Notes: generated by a model from the sequence alone, not told the origin. A stretch of 64,000 nt of DNA from Candidatus Hydrogenedentota bacterium (GCA_020849535.1 JADLGB010000032.1:64613-128612); one strand, 5' to 3'. Positions 18,742-28,358 are shown, numbered from the stretch's first letter. Program-made: numbers and translations.

Positions 18742-18917
18742 GTAGGGCGGGGTTCGTTCCCGCCCTCTTCCTTCCCAATAACGAAGTGGCACAAACCAAA
18801 CCGGGACCTGCAGAGGCGAGATGCGCCACCAGGAGCGCCGGCATCCCTGCCGGCTCTTTGAATAGGCCGGTGGTGATACCAAGTCCTTTAAGAGGGCGGG
18901 AACAAATCCCGCCCTAC
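18742..18917. repeat. MITE/REP-like family 1 element, copy A (~176 bp, terminal inverted hairpin arms + central GCCGGCA-TCCC-TGCCGGC hairpin)
   Basis: Left arm gtagggcggggttcgttcccgccctcttc. Right arm aagagggcgggaacaaatcccgccctac, which is the reverse complement of the arm consensus. The central ggagcgccggcatccctgccggctctt (hairpin 18837..18854) is shared with copy B. Confidence 0.6.
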
Positions 18918-19050
18918 TTACTGCGTTCAACTCGTTCGTCCCGCGTGGTCCCAATGCGGGTTAAGTGAATTCCGCTCGCCGCTTCTTCCCGATTCCCGGT
19001 ATAGTGGCGGGGTGGGGCTTTCGGTGGAATGCTCCCTGGAGGATTGCGGC

Positions 19051-22000
19051 ATGCGCACGTTTGTGGCCCTTGCGGCATCGCTTCTGGCTCTCGTTTCCGC
19101 ATCCTCTTCCGCGGATATACAGGGCCTGGAAGATTCATTCAGAAATCCGCCTTCATCCGCGAAACCCTGGGTGTACTGGTTCTGGATCAACGGCAATATC
19201 ACGCGCGAGGGCATCACGGCGGACCTCGAAGCGATGAAGCGCGTGGGTATCGGCGGGGTCCTCATCATGGAAGTGGACCAGGGCGTGCCCGCAGGCCCCG
19301 TGGCGTTCATGAGTGATGAGTGGCGCGAACTGTTTCAGCACGTAATCGCGGAAGCGAAGCGCCTGGGCCTTGAAGTGAACATGAACAACGATGCCGGTTG
19401 GAACGGCAGCGGCGGTCCCTGGATCCTTCCGGAGCAGTCCATGCAGAAGGTCGTGTGGTGTGAAGTCGAGGTGGAAGGACCAACGCGTTTTGATGCAGTT
19501 CTTCCTCAGCCCGAAACCATCGCGGGGTTCTACAAGGATATCGCGGTCCAGGCGTTTCCCACGCCGGGCGACTATCGCATCGAAGACATCCAACACAAAG
19601 CCTGCTTCGTAACCGGCTTTGTCTATCCGTCGATTCCGGGCGAGATTCCCGTGGAAATGTGCGTCGAGCCCGCGCGCCTGACCGACCTCAGCACGCATAT
19701 GGATGCAACCGGCCACCTCGCGTGGGATGTGCCACCTGGCCGATGGACCATCATGCGCTTTGGCCACACCAGCACCGGCGTCGAGAACGCGCCCGCACCT
19801 CCCTCCGGTCGAGGGCTCGAGTGCGACAAACTCAGCAAGGATGGCATCGAAGCGCACTTCAACGGGATGATGGCCAAACTCATTGCCGACTCGGGCGACT
19901 CCGCGGGTCCGGTCCTCTCGGCGACGCACATCGACTCGTGGGAGAATGGGGCGCAAAACTGGACCGCCCGCATGCGGGAGGAATTTCAGAAACGACGAGG
20001 CTACGACCTCCTGCCATATCTTCCCGTGATGTCCGGGCGGGTTGTGGGCAATCTCGAGATATCTGAACGCTTCTTGTGGGACTTGCGCCAGACGATTTCA
20101 GACCTGCTCGTCGAGAACTATGCGGGTCACCTGAGTACGCTGGCGAAACAGCATGGAATGAAACTGACCATCGAGGCCTACGGCGGGCCCTGCGATGATC
20201 TGGTGTATGCCGGCCGCGCAGACGAGCCTATGAGTGAGTTCTGGGTCGGTGGGAACGCGTTGAGTGTGTGCAAGGAGATGTCTTCCGCGGCGCACATCTA
20301 CGGCAAACCCATCCTGGGAGCCGAGTCGTTCACGGCCAATGACCGGGAGCGCTGGCTCGAACACCCCGCCACATTGAAGCCGCTCGGCGATCAAGCCTTC
20401 TGCCTGGGCGTGAACCGCTTCGTGGTGCATCGCTACGCCCTGCAGCCGTGGACGGATCGAAAACCCGGCATGACGATGGGGCCGTGGGGCGTTCACTACG
20501 AACGAACGCAGACGTGGTGGGAATTGTCTGCGCCCTGGCACCAGTATCTCGCGCGGTGCCAGCACCTCCTGCGCCAGGGCCGCTTTGTGGCGGACATCTG
20601 CTATCTGCAACCGGAAGCGGCGCCTCAGGGCTTCCACGAACACAACCGAAACGGATACGACTACGATAGCTGCAGCGCGGACGCCGTGCTCACCCGCATG
20701 AGTGTGAGCGACGGAAAGATCGTCCTGCCGGATGGCATGCAATACCGCATGCTGGTTTTGCCCAACGTCCCCACCATGACTCCGGATTTGGTGCGCGCGA
20801 TTCGGGGACTTGTACAGGCAGGCGCCACAATCGTGGGGCCTCGTCCCTTGAAGTCGCCCAGCCTGTCGGGATATCCAGAATGCGACCAGGAAGTTGCGCG
20901 CATTGCCTCGGAAGTCTGGGGCGATTGCGATGGTGTCCGCGTGAAACAGCATGCCTTCGGGAAAGGCCGCGTCGTTTGTGGGATGGTCCCTGAGGATGTT
21001 CTTGCGCGGGACGGCGTTCGACCTGATTTCGCCAGCGCGGCCCGTCTCGAGTACATCCACCGCCGCGTCGATAGTACCGATGTGTATTTCGTGGCAAACC
21101 CCCGGCCTGTGCGTGTGACTGCCGCGTGCGCGTTTCGCATCTCGGGAAAGCGTCCCCACGTATGGCATCCCGAGAACGGCCGCACCGAGCCCGCGGCTGT
21201 GTTCGCGGCGAACGGGGACAGCACCAACCTCGCCCTCGAACTCGGTCCGTGCGAGTCCGTGTTCGTCGTGTTCTCGGACGGCCTTGCCGCCGAGGATCCC
21301 GTCGTTGCGCTCACCCGCGACGAAGTGGCGCTCCTATCCGCGGCGGACATCTGGCCAACGATGACGATCCGCAAAGCGGTGTACGGCGTGCCGGGCGAGC
21401 CGAACCGCACCCGCGATGTCCGTGATGCAGTGCAACGCAAGGTGGACGTGGGCGACTACCATTTCCAGATTGCGCAGATGGCGGAGAGCGGCGATCCCGC
21501 CGTGAACGAAGTAAAGATGCTCTCCGTCGAGTACGAAGTGGGCGGTCGCCGGCTTTCGGTGAAAGGACAAGACCCCGACACCGTGCACCTCACGAGCGAT
21601 ACGGCTGCCATCACCGTCGAGAAGGCGCTCTACGGCATCCTCAATGATCCGGCGAGGACGCGCGACGTGCGTGAGAAGTTGCAGCACATCCTCGATACGG
21701 GAGAATCGAGCTTTCAAGTTGCGCGCCTCGCGCAAGGCGATGACCCCGCCGTTGGCATTGTGAAAACCCTGGAACTGACGTACACGGTGGAGGGCCGTCA
21801 TACATCGCTTTCCGCAACCGATGCGGACCGGATACACCTGTATGAAGCACCGGAAGCGGAGCAACCCGCGGGAGTGCATATCGGAGAAGAGGGGACGCCG
21901 GTATTGGAAGTGCGCGCCAACGGCCACTACACAATCACGACTGCGTCGGGAGAAGTACACAATACCCAGGTCGACGATATCCCACGCTCGCTCGCAGTAG

Positions 22001-22563
22001 AAGGGCCATGGGAAGTGCACTTCCCCTCAGGGACCGGAGCCCCCGGCCGCGTGAAGATGCATCAACTCATTCCCCTGAACGAACACGAAGATCCGGGCGT
22101 GCGGTACTTCTCCGGCGAGGCAACATACTCCACGAACCTCGACGTCCCCCAGAATCTTCTTGGCGCGGAGCGGCGTATCTATCTCGACCTTGGAAAGGTG
22201 CAGGTAATCGCCCGGATCGCGCTGAACGGAACCGGCCTGGGTACCCTCTGGAAACCTCCATTCCGCATGGATATCACCAGCCATATCCGGCCTGGCACAA
22301 ACACACTTGAAATCCGCGTCGCGAACCTCTGGGTGAACCGCCTCATCGGGGATGAGCAATTGCCCGAGGATACTGTTCGCAGCGAGGAAGGCGCGCTCGC
22401 TGAATGGCCACAGTGGCTCCTCGATGGCCAACGCAGTCCCGCGGGCCGTATCGCCTTCTCCACATGGAGGCTTTGGCGCATGGATGAGCCCCTGCATGAG
22501 TCTGGCCTGATCGGTCCCGTCACGCTTCAAGTGACGAAACAGATAACCCTCGGCGCAGGGTGA
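19051..22563 (+). CDS. secreted GH106-like glycoside hydrolase (alpha-L-rhamnosidase-type family, tentative) with two internal ~80-aa tandem modules
   Basis: Signal peptide MRTFVALAASLLALVSASSSA at ATG 19051. N-terminal FRNPPSSAKPWVYWFWINGNITREGITADLEAMKRVGIGGV. C-terminal sugar-binding-type ARIALNGTGLGTLWKPPFRMDITSHIRPGTNTLEIRVANLWVNRLIGD. Confidence 0.75.
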   Translation: MRTFVALAASLLALVSASSSADIQGLEDSFRNPPSSAKPWVYWFWINGNITREGITADLEAMKRVGIGGVLIMEVDQGVPAGPVAFMSDEWRELFQHVIAEAKRLGLEVNMNNDAGWNGSGGPWILPEQSMQKVVWCEVEVEGPTRFDAVLPQPETIAGFYKDIAVQAFPTPGDYRIEDIQHKACFVTGFVYPSIPGEIPVEMCVEPARLTDLSTHMDATGHLAWDVPPGRWTIMRFGHTSTGVENAPAPPSGRGLECDKLSKDGIEAHFNGMMAKLIADSGDSAGPVLSATHIDSWENGAQNWTARMREEFQKRRGYDLLPYLPVMSGRVVGNLEISERFLWDLRQTISDLLVENYAGHLSTLAKQHGMKLTIEAYGGPCDDLVYAGRADEPMSEFWVGGNALSVCKEMSSAAHIYGKPILGAESFTANDRERWLEHPATLKPLGDQAFCLGVNRFVVHRYALQPWTDRKPGMTMGPWGVHYERTQTWWELSAPWHQYLARCQHLLRQGRFVADICYLQPEAAPQGFHEHNRNGYDYDSCSADAVLTRMSVSDGKIVLPDGMQYRMLVLPNVPTMTPDLVRAIRGLVQAGATIVGPRPLKSPSLSGYPECDQEVARIASEVWGDCDGVRVKQHAFGKGRVVCGMVPEDVLARDGVRPDFASAARLEYIHRRVDSTDVYFVANPRPVRVTAACAFRISGKRPHVWHPENGRTEPAAVFAANGDSTNLALELGPCESVFVVFSDGLAAEDPVVALTRDEVALLSAADIWPTMTIRKAVYGVPGEPNRTRDVRDAVQRKVDVGDYHFQIAQMAESGDPAVNEVKMLSVEYEVGGRRLSVKGQDPDTVHLTSDTAAITVEKALYGILNDPARTRDVREKLQHILDTGESSFQVARLAQGDDPAVGIVKTLELTYTVEGRHTSLSATDADRIHLYEAPEAEQPAGVHIGEEGTPVLEVRANGHYTITTASGEVHNTQVDDIPRSLAVEGPWEVHFPSGTGAPGRVKMHQLIPLNEHEDPGVRYFSGEATYSTNLDVPQNLLGAERRIYLDLGKVQVIARIALNGTGLGTLWKPPFRMDITSHIRPGTNTLEIRVANLWVNRLIGDEQLPEDTVRSEEGALAEWPQWLLDGQRSPAGRIAFSTWRLWRMDEPLHESGLIGPVTLQVTKQITLGAG

Positions 22564-22688
22564 ACTTTGTTGCGGCGCTCCGCATCGTCATGGCCGCATT
22601 GACGCGGTCCGGCAGCGCATTCTATAGTGCCCTTTCACCCAAGTCCGGCTTCGAGGCCGTGCCCGCGGGTAAAGGAGGGGAGGGGACT

Positions 22689-25600
22689 ATGCTGGCTACG
22701 AACCGCGCGCTCGGACTCCTTGCATTGACGGTGGCTCTCGCCCTGTCCGCAGCCGCGGAGGACGTCCGCATTTGGGAAGAGCCGATCACATTGCCCACCT
22801 ATGCGGTGCAACCCGCCGACCCCAATCCGCGTTTCGAGGAGGGGCGCGTTTATCAGGGCGCCCGGGGTCCGGTGTATCCATACGCGATGCTGGACAGCCT
22901 CACCGACGTAAAGGTCGACCGCACGTACACGGCGCTCTACCTGGAGAATGAGTACGTACGCATCTGCGTTTTGCCGGAGATTGGCGGCCGCATCTTCGAA
23001 GCGCTCGACAAGCCCAATGGTTACGATTTCTTCTACCGGCAGCACGTCATCAAGCCGGACCTCATCGGCATGCTGGGCGCCTGGATTTCCGGCGGAGTGG
23101 AGTGGTGCGTTTTTCACCACCATCGCAACACCACCTTCATGCCCGTGGATTACTTGCTCACCGAGAATCCCGACGGAAGCAAGACTATCTGGATCGGCGA
23201 AATCGAACGGCGCCATCGTATGAAGTGGACCATCGGCATGACGCTGTCTCCAGGGTGCTCGCGGCTCGATGTGACGGTGAAGCTGTTCAACCGCACGCCG
23301 TACACGCACAGTGTTTTGTACTGGGCCAATGTTGCGATTCATGCCACGGATGGCTATCAAGTGATCTTCCCGCCGTCCGTGCAGTTCGCCACGTATCATG
23401 GGAAGAACGAGTTCACCCATTGGCCCATCTCCCACGAAGTTTTCCACGGCATGGACTACACGAAGGGCGTCGATGTGAGCTGGTGGAAGAGTCACCCCGG
23501 CGCGACCTCCCTCTTTGCATGGAATCCGCAGGAGGATTTCTTTGCGGGTTACGATCATGACAAACATGCAGGCGTAGCGCATGTGGCCGACCACAACATC
23601 GCGCCCGGAATGAAGCTCTGGACCTGGGGAACCAACTCGACCTGGGATCGTACGAAGCTCACCGATAGTGACGGTCCCTACGCGGAGATCATGGCAGGGG
23701 CCTATTCGGATAACCAGCCCGACTACAGTTGGATGCAGCCGCACGAAGTGAAGATCATCACGCAAAGCTGGTTTCCACTGCGTGAAATGGGCGGCATGCT
23801 CAATGCCAACCCGGAGGGCGCGATCAATCTGACGGTGAGCCCGCGGCGTCTCGCGCATATCGCTGTCAATACAACGTCAATGCGCGAGCGCGCCCGGGTC
23901 GTGCTGAACGCAGGCGAAGTGAGGATCTACGAGGAAGAAGCAGACATTGATCCCGCGAAACCGTTTGTGGACGAGACGCCGCTTCCAGAAGGAATCGATC
24001 CAGCGAAGCTGAGTTTGAGCGTTCTAGCGCCGGATGGCCGGGAGCTGGTCTCCTACACACCGCGGAGCTACCCCGTGCAGGAAATGCCCAAGCCCGTGTT
24101 GCCTCCTCCTGCCCCGGAGGATATCAAGACCAACGAAGAACTCTATCTCACAGGGCTGCGCCTCGAGCAGTTCTACAATCCCACGGTCGATCCGCGTCCG
24201 TATTACGAAGAGGCATTGAAGCGCGACCCGGACGATGCGCGCGTCAACACGGCGCTCGCCGTTGGCGACTGCAAACGCCTCGATTTCGTCTCGGCCGAAG
24301 CGCGTCTGCGGCGCGCCGTGGAGCGGCTCACCCGCGACTACACGCGACCGCGCGATGGAGAATCGCTCTATTACCTGGGCGTGGTTCTGGCGGCTCAGGG
24401 AGAGGAAGACGAGGCACGCGATAACCTGAATCGGGCCGCGTGGAGTCTCGCGTGGCACTCGGCAGCAGAGTACGCGTTGGCGGAGTTGGATTGCCGCGAC
24501 GCAGATTACGCAAGTGCGTTGCGGCGCCTGGACAATTCCCTGGCGGCCAACACGCGCGACACGAGGGCCATGGCCCTCCGGTCCGCCGCGCTACGCGGGC
24601 TTGGCCGGAATCAAGATGCAGTGGAGCAGGCGCGCGCCGCGCTCGCCATCGATCCGCTCGATTACTTCGCGGGCAATGAAACGTATCTTGCGGACAAGGA
24701 GAAGTCCGAGGCCGCACTTCAAGCATTGGTCGTCCGCATGCGCGGGGACGTCCATTCGCATTTGGAGCTGGCTTCCGATTACATGAGGGTGGGGATGTGG
24801 GATGAAGCCATCGACGTCTTGAAGCGGCTGGACGCTTCGGGCGAAGCGGCGGGGACCACGTACCCCATGCTCTACTACTACCTCGCGTATTGTCTCGATC
24901 AGTCTGGTGACGCAGATGCCGCTGCAAAGTACTACCAAACGGCCGCCTCCATGCCACCGGATTACTGCTTCCCCTACGGACTCGAGTCCATGCGCGTGTT
25001 GGAACGGGCCATAGAGGCGAATCCCCAAGACGGGCGGGCGCCCTACTACCTGGGCAATCTCCTGTACGACATTCAGCCGGAGAGGGCCATCGCATCGTGG
25101 GAGAAGGCCCGAGAGACGAGTCCCGATCTGGCAACGCTGCACCGCAATCTGGGGTATGCGTACGCCAGGAAGGAGGAAGTGGACAAAGCGATTACTTCCT
25201 ATGAGGCGTCGGTTCACTGCAACTCCACCGATCCCCGTGTGCTCTATGAGTTGGAATTGATTTACGAGAAGGCGGGAGCCGACCCTCACAAGCGGCTCGC
25301 GATTTTGAACACGAATCCGGAGACTGTCCTCAAGCGTGACGATTTGATCGCACGCAAGATCCAGTTGCTTGTTGATACCGGCCAATACGACGAGGCTGTC
25401 TCGATGCTCACGAGCCGCACCTACGACACCTGGGAAGGTGGCGGCGGGATTCACAATGTCTACGTCAATGCCTATTCGCTGCGGGGTCTGGCCGCGCTGG
25501 GCCGGGGTGATGCGCAAGCCGCGCTAGAGGATTTCACGGCCGCACTCGACTATCCGGCGAATCTCGGTGTCGACAGGCCGTTGCAGGATCCGCCCGCTGC

Positions 25601-26006
25601 CCGGACCGAATACCTGCTGGGACTCGCCAGCGAAGCCGCAGGACACACAGACGCCGCACGCACTCATTATCAGAACGCCGCGGCGATGGACGTGCAGAAT
25701 ACCGAGTTTCGCTTTCACAAGGCCCAAGCCCTGCTGAAGCTTGACTCAACCGCCGAGGCGGCGCCGCTCTTCGACGCGCTGATCGCCGATGGCACAAGGC
25801 AGCTTGCCGAGGGCGCCAAGGTGGACTTCTTCGCCGCGTTCGGGGAGAAAGTCTCCCACGACAAGGCGATGGCACAGGCGCACTACCTCATCGCGCTCGG
25901 CCATTTGGGCAAACGCGAGACTGACAAGGCCGCGGTAGAGTTCCAGGAAGCCTTGAGAGCGGATCCGAATCACCTGTGGGCACGTGCGGACTCGCAGGGC
26001 CAATAG
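22689..26006 (+). CDS. secreted DUF5107-domain protein with long C-terminal TPR region
   Basis: ATG 22689 preceded by AAAGGAGGGGAGGGG. Signal MLATNRALGLLALTVALALSAAA. DUF5107-like LPTYAV..PNPRF..VYPYAMLD..YLENEYVRICVLPEIGGRIFEALDK and GGVEWCVFHHHR. TPR-like helical repeats follow through the C-terminal half. Confidence 0.8.
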   Translation: MLATNRALGLLALTVALALSAAAEDVRIWEEPITLPTYAVQPADPNPRFEEGRVYQGARGPVYPYAMLDSLTDVKVDRTYTALYLENEYVRICVLPEIGGRIFEALDKPNGYDFFYRQHVIKPDLIGMLGAWISGGVEWCVFHHHRNTTFMPVDYLLTENPDGSKTIWIGEIERRHRMKWTIGMTLSPGCSRLDVTVKLFNRTPYTHSVLYWANVAIHATDGYQVIFPPSVQFATYHGKNEFTHWPISHEVFHGMDYTKGVDVSWWKSHPGATSLFAWNPQEDFFAGYDHDKHAGVAHVADHNIAPGMKLWTWGTNSTWDRTKLTDSDGPYAEIMAGAYSDNQPDYSWMQPHEVKIITQSWFPLREMGGMLNANPEGAINLTVSPRRLAHIAVNTTSMRERARVVLNAGEVRIYEEEADIDPAKPFVDETPLPEGIDPAKLSLSVLAPDGRELVSYTPRSYPVQEMPKPVLPPPAPEDIKTNEELYLTGLRLEQFYNPTVDPRPYYEEALKRDPDDARVNTALAVGDCKRLDFVSAEARLRRAVERLTRDYTRPRDGESLYYLGVVLAAQGEEDEARDNLNRAAWSLAWHSAAEYALAELDCRDADYASALRRLDNSLAANTRDTRAMALRSAALRGLGRNQDAVEQARAALAIDPLDYFAGNETYLADKEKSEAALQALVVRMRGDVHSHLELASDYMRVGMWDEAIDVLKRLDASGEAAGTTYPMLYYYLAYCLDQSGDADAAAKYYQTAASMPPDYCFPYGLESMRVLERAIEANPQDGRAPYYLGNLLYDIQPERAIASWEKARETSPDLATLHRNLGYAYARKEEVDKAITSYEASVHCNSTDPRVLYELELIYEKAGADPHKRLAILNTNPETVLKRDDLIARKIQLLVDTGQYDEAVSMLTSRTYDTWEGGGGIHNVYVNAYSLRGLAALGRGDAQAALEDFTAALDYPANLGVDRPLQDPPAARTEYLLGLASEAAGHTDAARTHYQNAAAMDVQNTEFRFHKAQALLKLDSTAEAAPLFDALIADGTRQLAEGAKVDFFAAFGEKVSHDKAMAQAHYLIALGHLGKRETDKAAVEFQEALRADPNHLWARADSQGQ

Positions 26007-26052
26007 TGGTGGACATTGCCGCTGGGCAGGCACAGTGCTCCCGGCAGAAAGG

Positions 26053-27087
26053 ATGAATCAAGATATGTTGAGTGTATGCGCGATCATTGGCGTGCTGCTG
26101 GGCGCTGCCGAAGTGCCTACGGAACCCCTTCACCTCGTAGTAGCCCCTGTGGGAGAGGCGAATCCGCGCAATAGCGAAGCGGCGATTGTTCCGCTCACGG
26201 ATGGGACGCTGCTTCTGGGGTGGACGGAGTTCTACGCCGGCGACGCGGCTGACCATGGGCCCGCGCGCATTTCCGGAAAGATATCGTCTGATGCTGGAAG
26301 GACCTGGGGCGAGAAGTTCACGCTCATCGAGAATGATGGCGGCTGCAACGTCATGGAAGTCAATTTCATTCGCCTGAAAGACGGCAAGCTGGCCCTTTTC
26401 TATTGCCAGAAGAACAGTGAAAGCGCGGACTGCCGTGTGATGATGCGCACGTCAGGCGACGAAGGCAAAACGTGGGGGACTGCCAAGCAGATCAGCCCCG
26501 AGGCCAAATACACGGGCCTGACCAACGGCCGCTGCATTCGCCTCGCGTCTGGCCGCATCCTGCTCGAGGCTTGGGAGGGCGGATTCAGTTACTGCTATCT
26601 CTCGGATGACGAGGGCGAGACGTGGCGCGAATCGCAGCGCCTCAAGCCCGGCGATGGATCGTGGGAGCCTGCCGCGATCGAATTGAAGGACGGGCGTGTC
26701 CTGATGTTGATGCGCACGCAACTCGGTGGGCAGTACCAGAGCTTCTCCTCGGACGGCGGCGAGACGTGGACCGAGCCGGTCGCGTCCGCGCTCGTGGGCA
26801 CCGCCGCGCCGGTGTCCATCAGCCGCATACCGGAGACGGGCGACCTCCTCGCGATTTGGAATCACAACCCGGGTGCCTCCAGCAGAAACCCGCTGACCGC
26901 CGCGATCTCCAAAGACGAAGGCGCAACGTGGGTGCAGTTCCGCAACATCGAAGACGATCCGGGCGACGCGTGGGCATACCCCGCTGTGACGTGGGTACAG
27001 AACCGGGCGCTTCTCACGTACTTCAATTACACGGGAGGCCTGTCGCTTCAGCTCAAGATACTCCCGGCCTCGTGGTTCTATGAGTAA
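26053..27087 (+). CDS. BNR/Asp-box beta-propeller, sialidase (GH33)-like
   Basis: Five Asp-box repeats: SSDAGRTW, SGDEGKTW, SDDEGETW, SSDGGETW, SKDEGATW. Short signal-like N-terminus from the internal ATG 26053. Confidence 0.8.
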   Translation: MNQDMLSVCAIIGVLLGAAEVPTEPLHLVVAPVGEANPRNSEAAIVPLTDGTLLLGWTEFYAGDAADHGPARISGKISSDAGRTWGEKFTLIENDGGCNVMEVNFIRLKDGKLALFYCQKNSESADCRVMMRTSGDEGKTWGTAKQISPEAKYTGLTNGRCIRLASGRILLEAWEGGFSYCYLSDDEGETWRESQRLKPGDGSWEPAAIELKDGRVLMLMRTQLGGQYQSFSSDGGETWTEPVASALVGTAAPVSISRIPETGDLLAIWNHNPGASSRNPLTAAISKDEGATWVQFRNIEDDPGDAWAYPAVTWVQNRALLTYFNYTGGLSLQLKILPASWFYE

Positions 27088-27261
27088 GATGCCGCCCGTT
27101 CCAATTGAGGCTCTCTTCAAAGACGAGACCGACAGAAGATGGCTCGCCCGGCGGAGCGCGACGTGGAGAGCTTTCCAGATGACGAGAATCGGCAGAAGCA
27201 CCAGTGAATTTCCACATCCAAATTCTCCTCTGAAGATGGTGTGTCGGAAATCAACCCGAAG

Positions 27262-27429
27262 AACATCCCCCTTGATCCCCCTTCAAAGGGGGAATTGTGC
27301 AATACTATGTCTGTCGTCTGTGAAACGTCTTGAGGGCAACCGATGGCTTTGGGTGCGCAGAATGCGCGGCCTGCAGGGCCCTCTGAATTCCCCCTTTGAA
27401 GGGGGTGGCCCGCAGGGCCGGGGGATGTT
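27262..27429. repeat. MITE-like family 2 element (~168 bp) bounded by inverted arms AACATCCCCC...CCCCCTTCAAAGGGGGAATT
   Basis: Left arm 27262..27296 is aacatccccc-ttgat-cccccttcaaagggggaatt. The reverse complement of the right arm (27386..27429) is aacatccccc-ggccctgcgggcca-cccccttcaaagggggaatt. Each arm contains a CCCCCTT-N3-AAGGGGG hairpin. Confidence 0.5.
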
Positions 27430-27479
27430 GCGCCCGCAAGGAGACTCTTGCCGGTCCGGTCTTCAAAGGAGAATGACAC

Positions 27480-28304
27480 ATGATCAATCCGACACGTCGA
27501 GAAGCGCTTCAGGCCGCGGCCGCATCCGTGGTGACTCTCGCGGCCGCCCGTGCGCATGCGGCCGAAGCGCCTGCTCTGGAAATGCCCCCACTCGACTATG
27601 GCCGCTCGTTCATCTGCTGCACGGCCGCGTTCAACGCCGTGCGCTTCTGGGTCGAAAGCAGAACACGCATCATCGACAGCAACAGCGGCACATGGACCGA
27701 CTACTACCAGTGCGCTTCGTGCAAGAGTGAGAATACCTTCGCGGAACGCGATCTCTTCATGAAGGACAACTACGACTTCCTGCCCATCCTGGGCAACGAC
27801 CGGTGGCTCGTATTCCGGCGCACGGTTCGCCTCAGCGACCGGTACCGCACGGTCAAGTCTACGGCTGAGATGTGGGGCGCGCCCAATCTGAAACTTGCGG
27901 AGGCCCAGGACGTCACCGTGCTGGACACCTGGGAGCAGATTCGCGACGCGACCGCCGCGGCACTCCCCCTCGTCACGCAAACGGAAATCGCAGATGCCAA
28001 AACAGGACTCCGCGCCATCATCGAATGCCCGACAAAGACGATGAATGTCAGCATCGAAAAGCAGCTCTATCAGGTGGACACGGGCCCGGTCGCATTTCCC
28101 GATCTCACCTCGCGCCGCGACGCGGAGATCGAATGCCTGAGCCTGGCGTTTGTCGCGTTCAATGCGCCGGGTTTCGCCGACTTTGTTATCGAACAGCCCA
28201 CGCGCGTTTCCGAGGAGACCGGGCCGGAGTGCCAAGTCTACCATTACTCGAATCCGGTCAGTCTCGAGGCCAAGAATCGCGTGTTCGCCCTGGGGAAACT
28301 CTAA
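27480..28304 (+). CDS. Tat-signal hypothetical protein, Cys-containing, no family recognised
   Basis: AAAGGAG 7 nt upstream of the ATG. Twin-arginine leader MINPTRREALQAAAASVVTLAAARAHA. The composition is coding-like, whereas the overlapping 375-aa minus ORF is R/G/A-rich shadow. Confidence 0.65.
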   Translation: MINPTRREALQAAAASVVTLAAARAHAAEAPALEMPPLDYGRSFICCTAAFNAVRFWVESRTRIIDSNSGTWTDYYQCASCKSENTFAERDLFMKDNYDFLPILGNDRWLVFRRTVRLSDRYRTVKSTAEMWGAPNLKLAEAQDVTVLDTWEQIRDATAAALPLVTQTEIADAKTGLRAIIECPTKTMNVSIEKQLYQVDTGPVAFPDLTSRRDAEIECLSLAFVAFNAPGFADFVIEQPTRVSEETGPECQVYHYSNPVSLEAKNRVFALGKL

Positions 28305-28358
28305 GCATCGGGCTGACGCATTCCCGTTGGCGTTCAGGAACCGGATAGGAGTGTGAGA

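Noticed and set aside
18676-18917. Possible CRISPR array (repeated ~29-nt palindromic units)
   Set aside because: There are only two direct copies plus one inverted copy. The spacing is irregular (38 and 119 nt), there are no cas genes, and the same architecture recurs as a bounded ~170-bp unit at 38163-38333. This fits a MITE/REP-like element better.
20098-25517. Minus-strand ORFs 20098..21168, 20661..21440, 21334..22020, 22635..23858 and 24591..25517
   Set aside because: All are antisense to the GH106-like and DUF5107-TPR genes. They have shadow composition, no RBS and no domains.
27080-28244. 216-aa + ORF (27080..27730) and 375-aa - ORF (27117..28244)
   Set aside because: Both read through the inverted-repeat element at 27262-27429 and overlap the better-supported 27480..28304 gene, which has an RBS, a Tat leader and coding-like composition. 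Their translations are R/G-rich.
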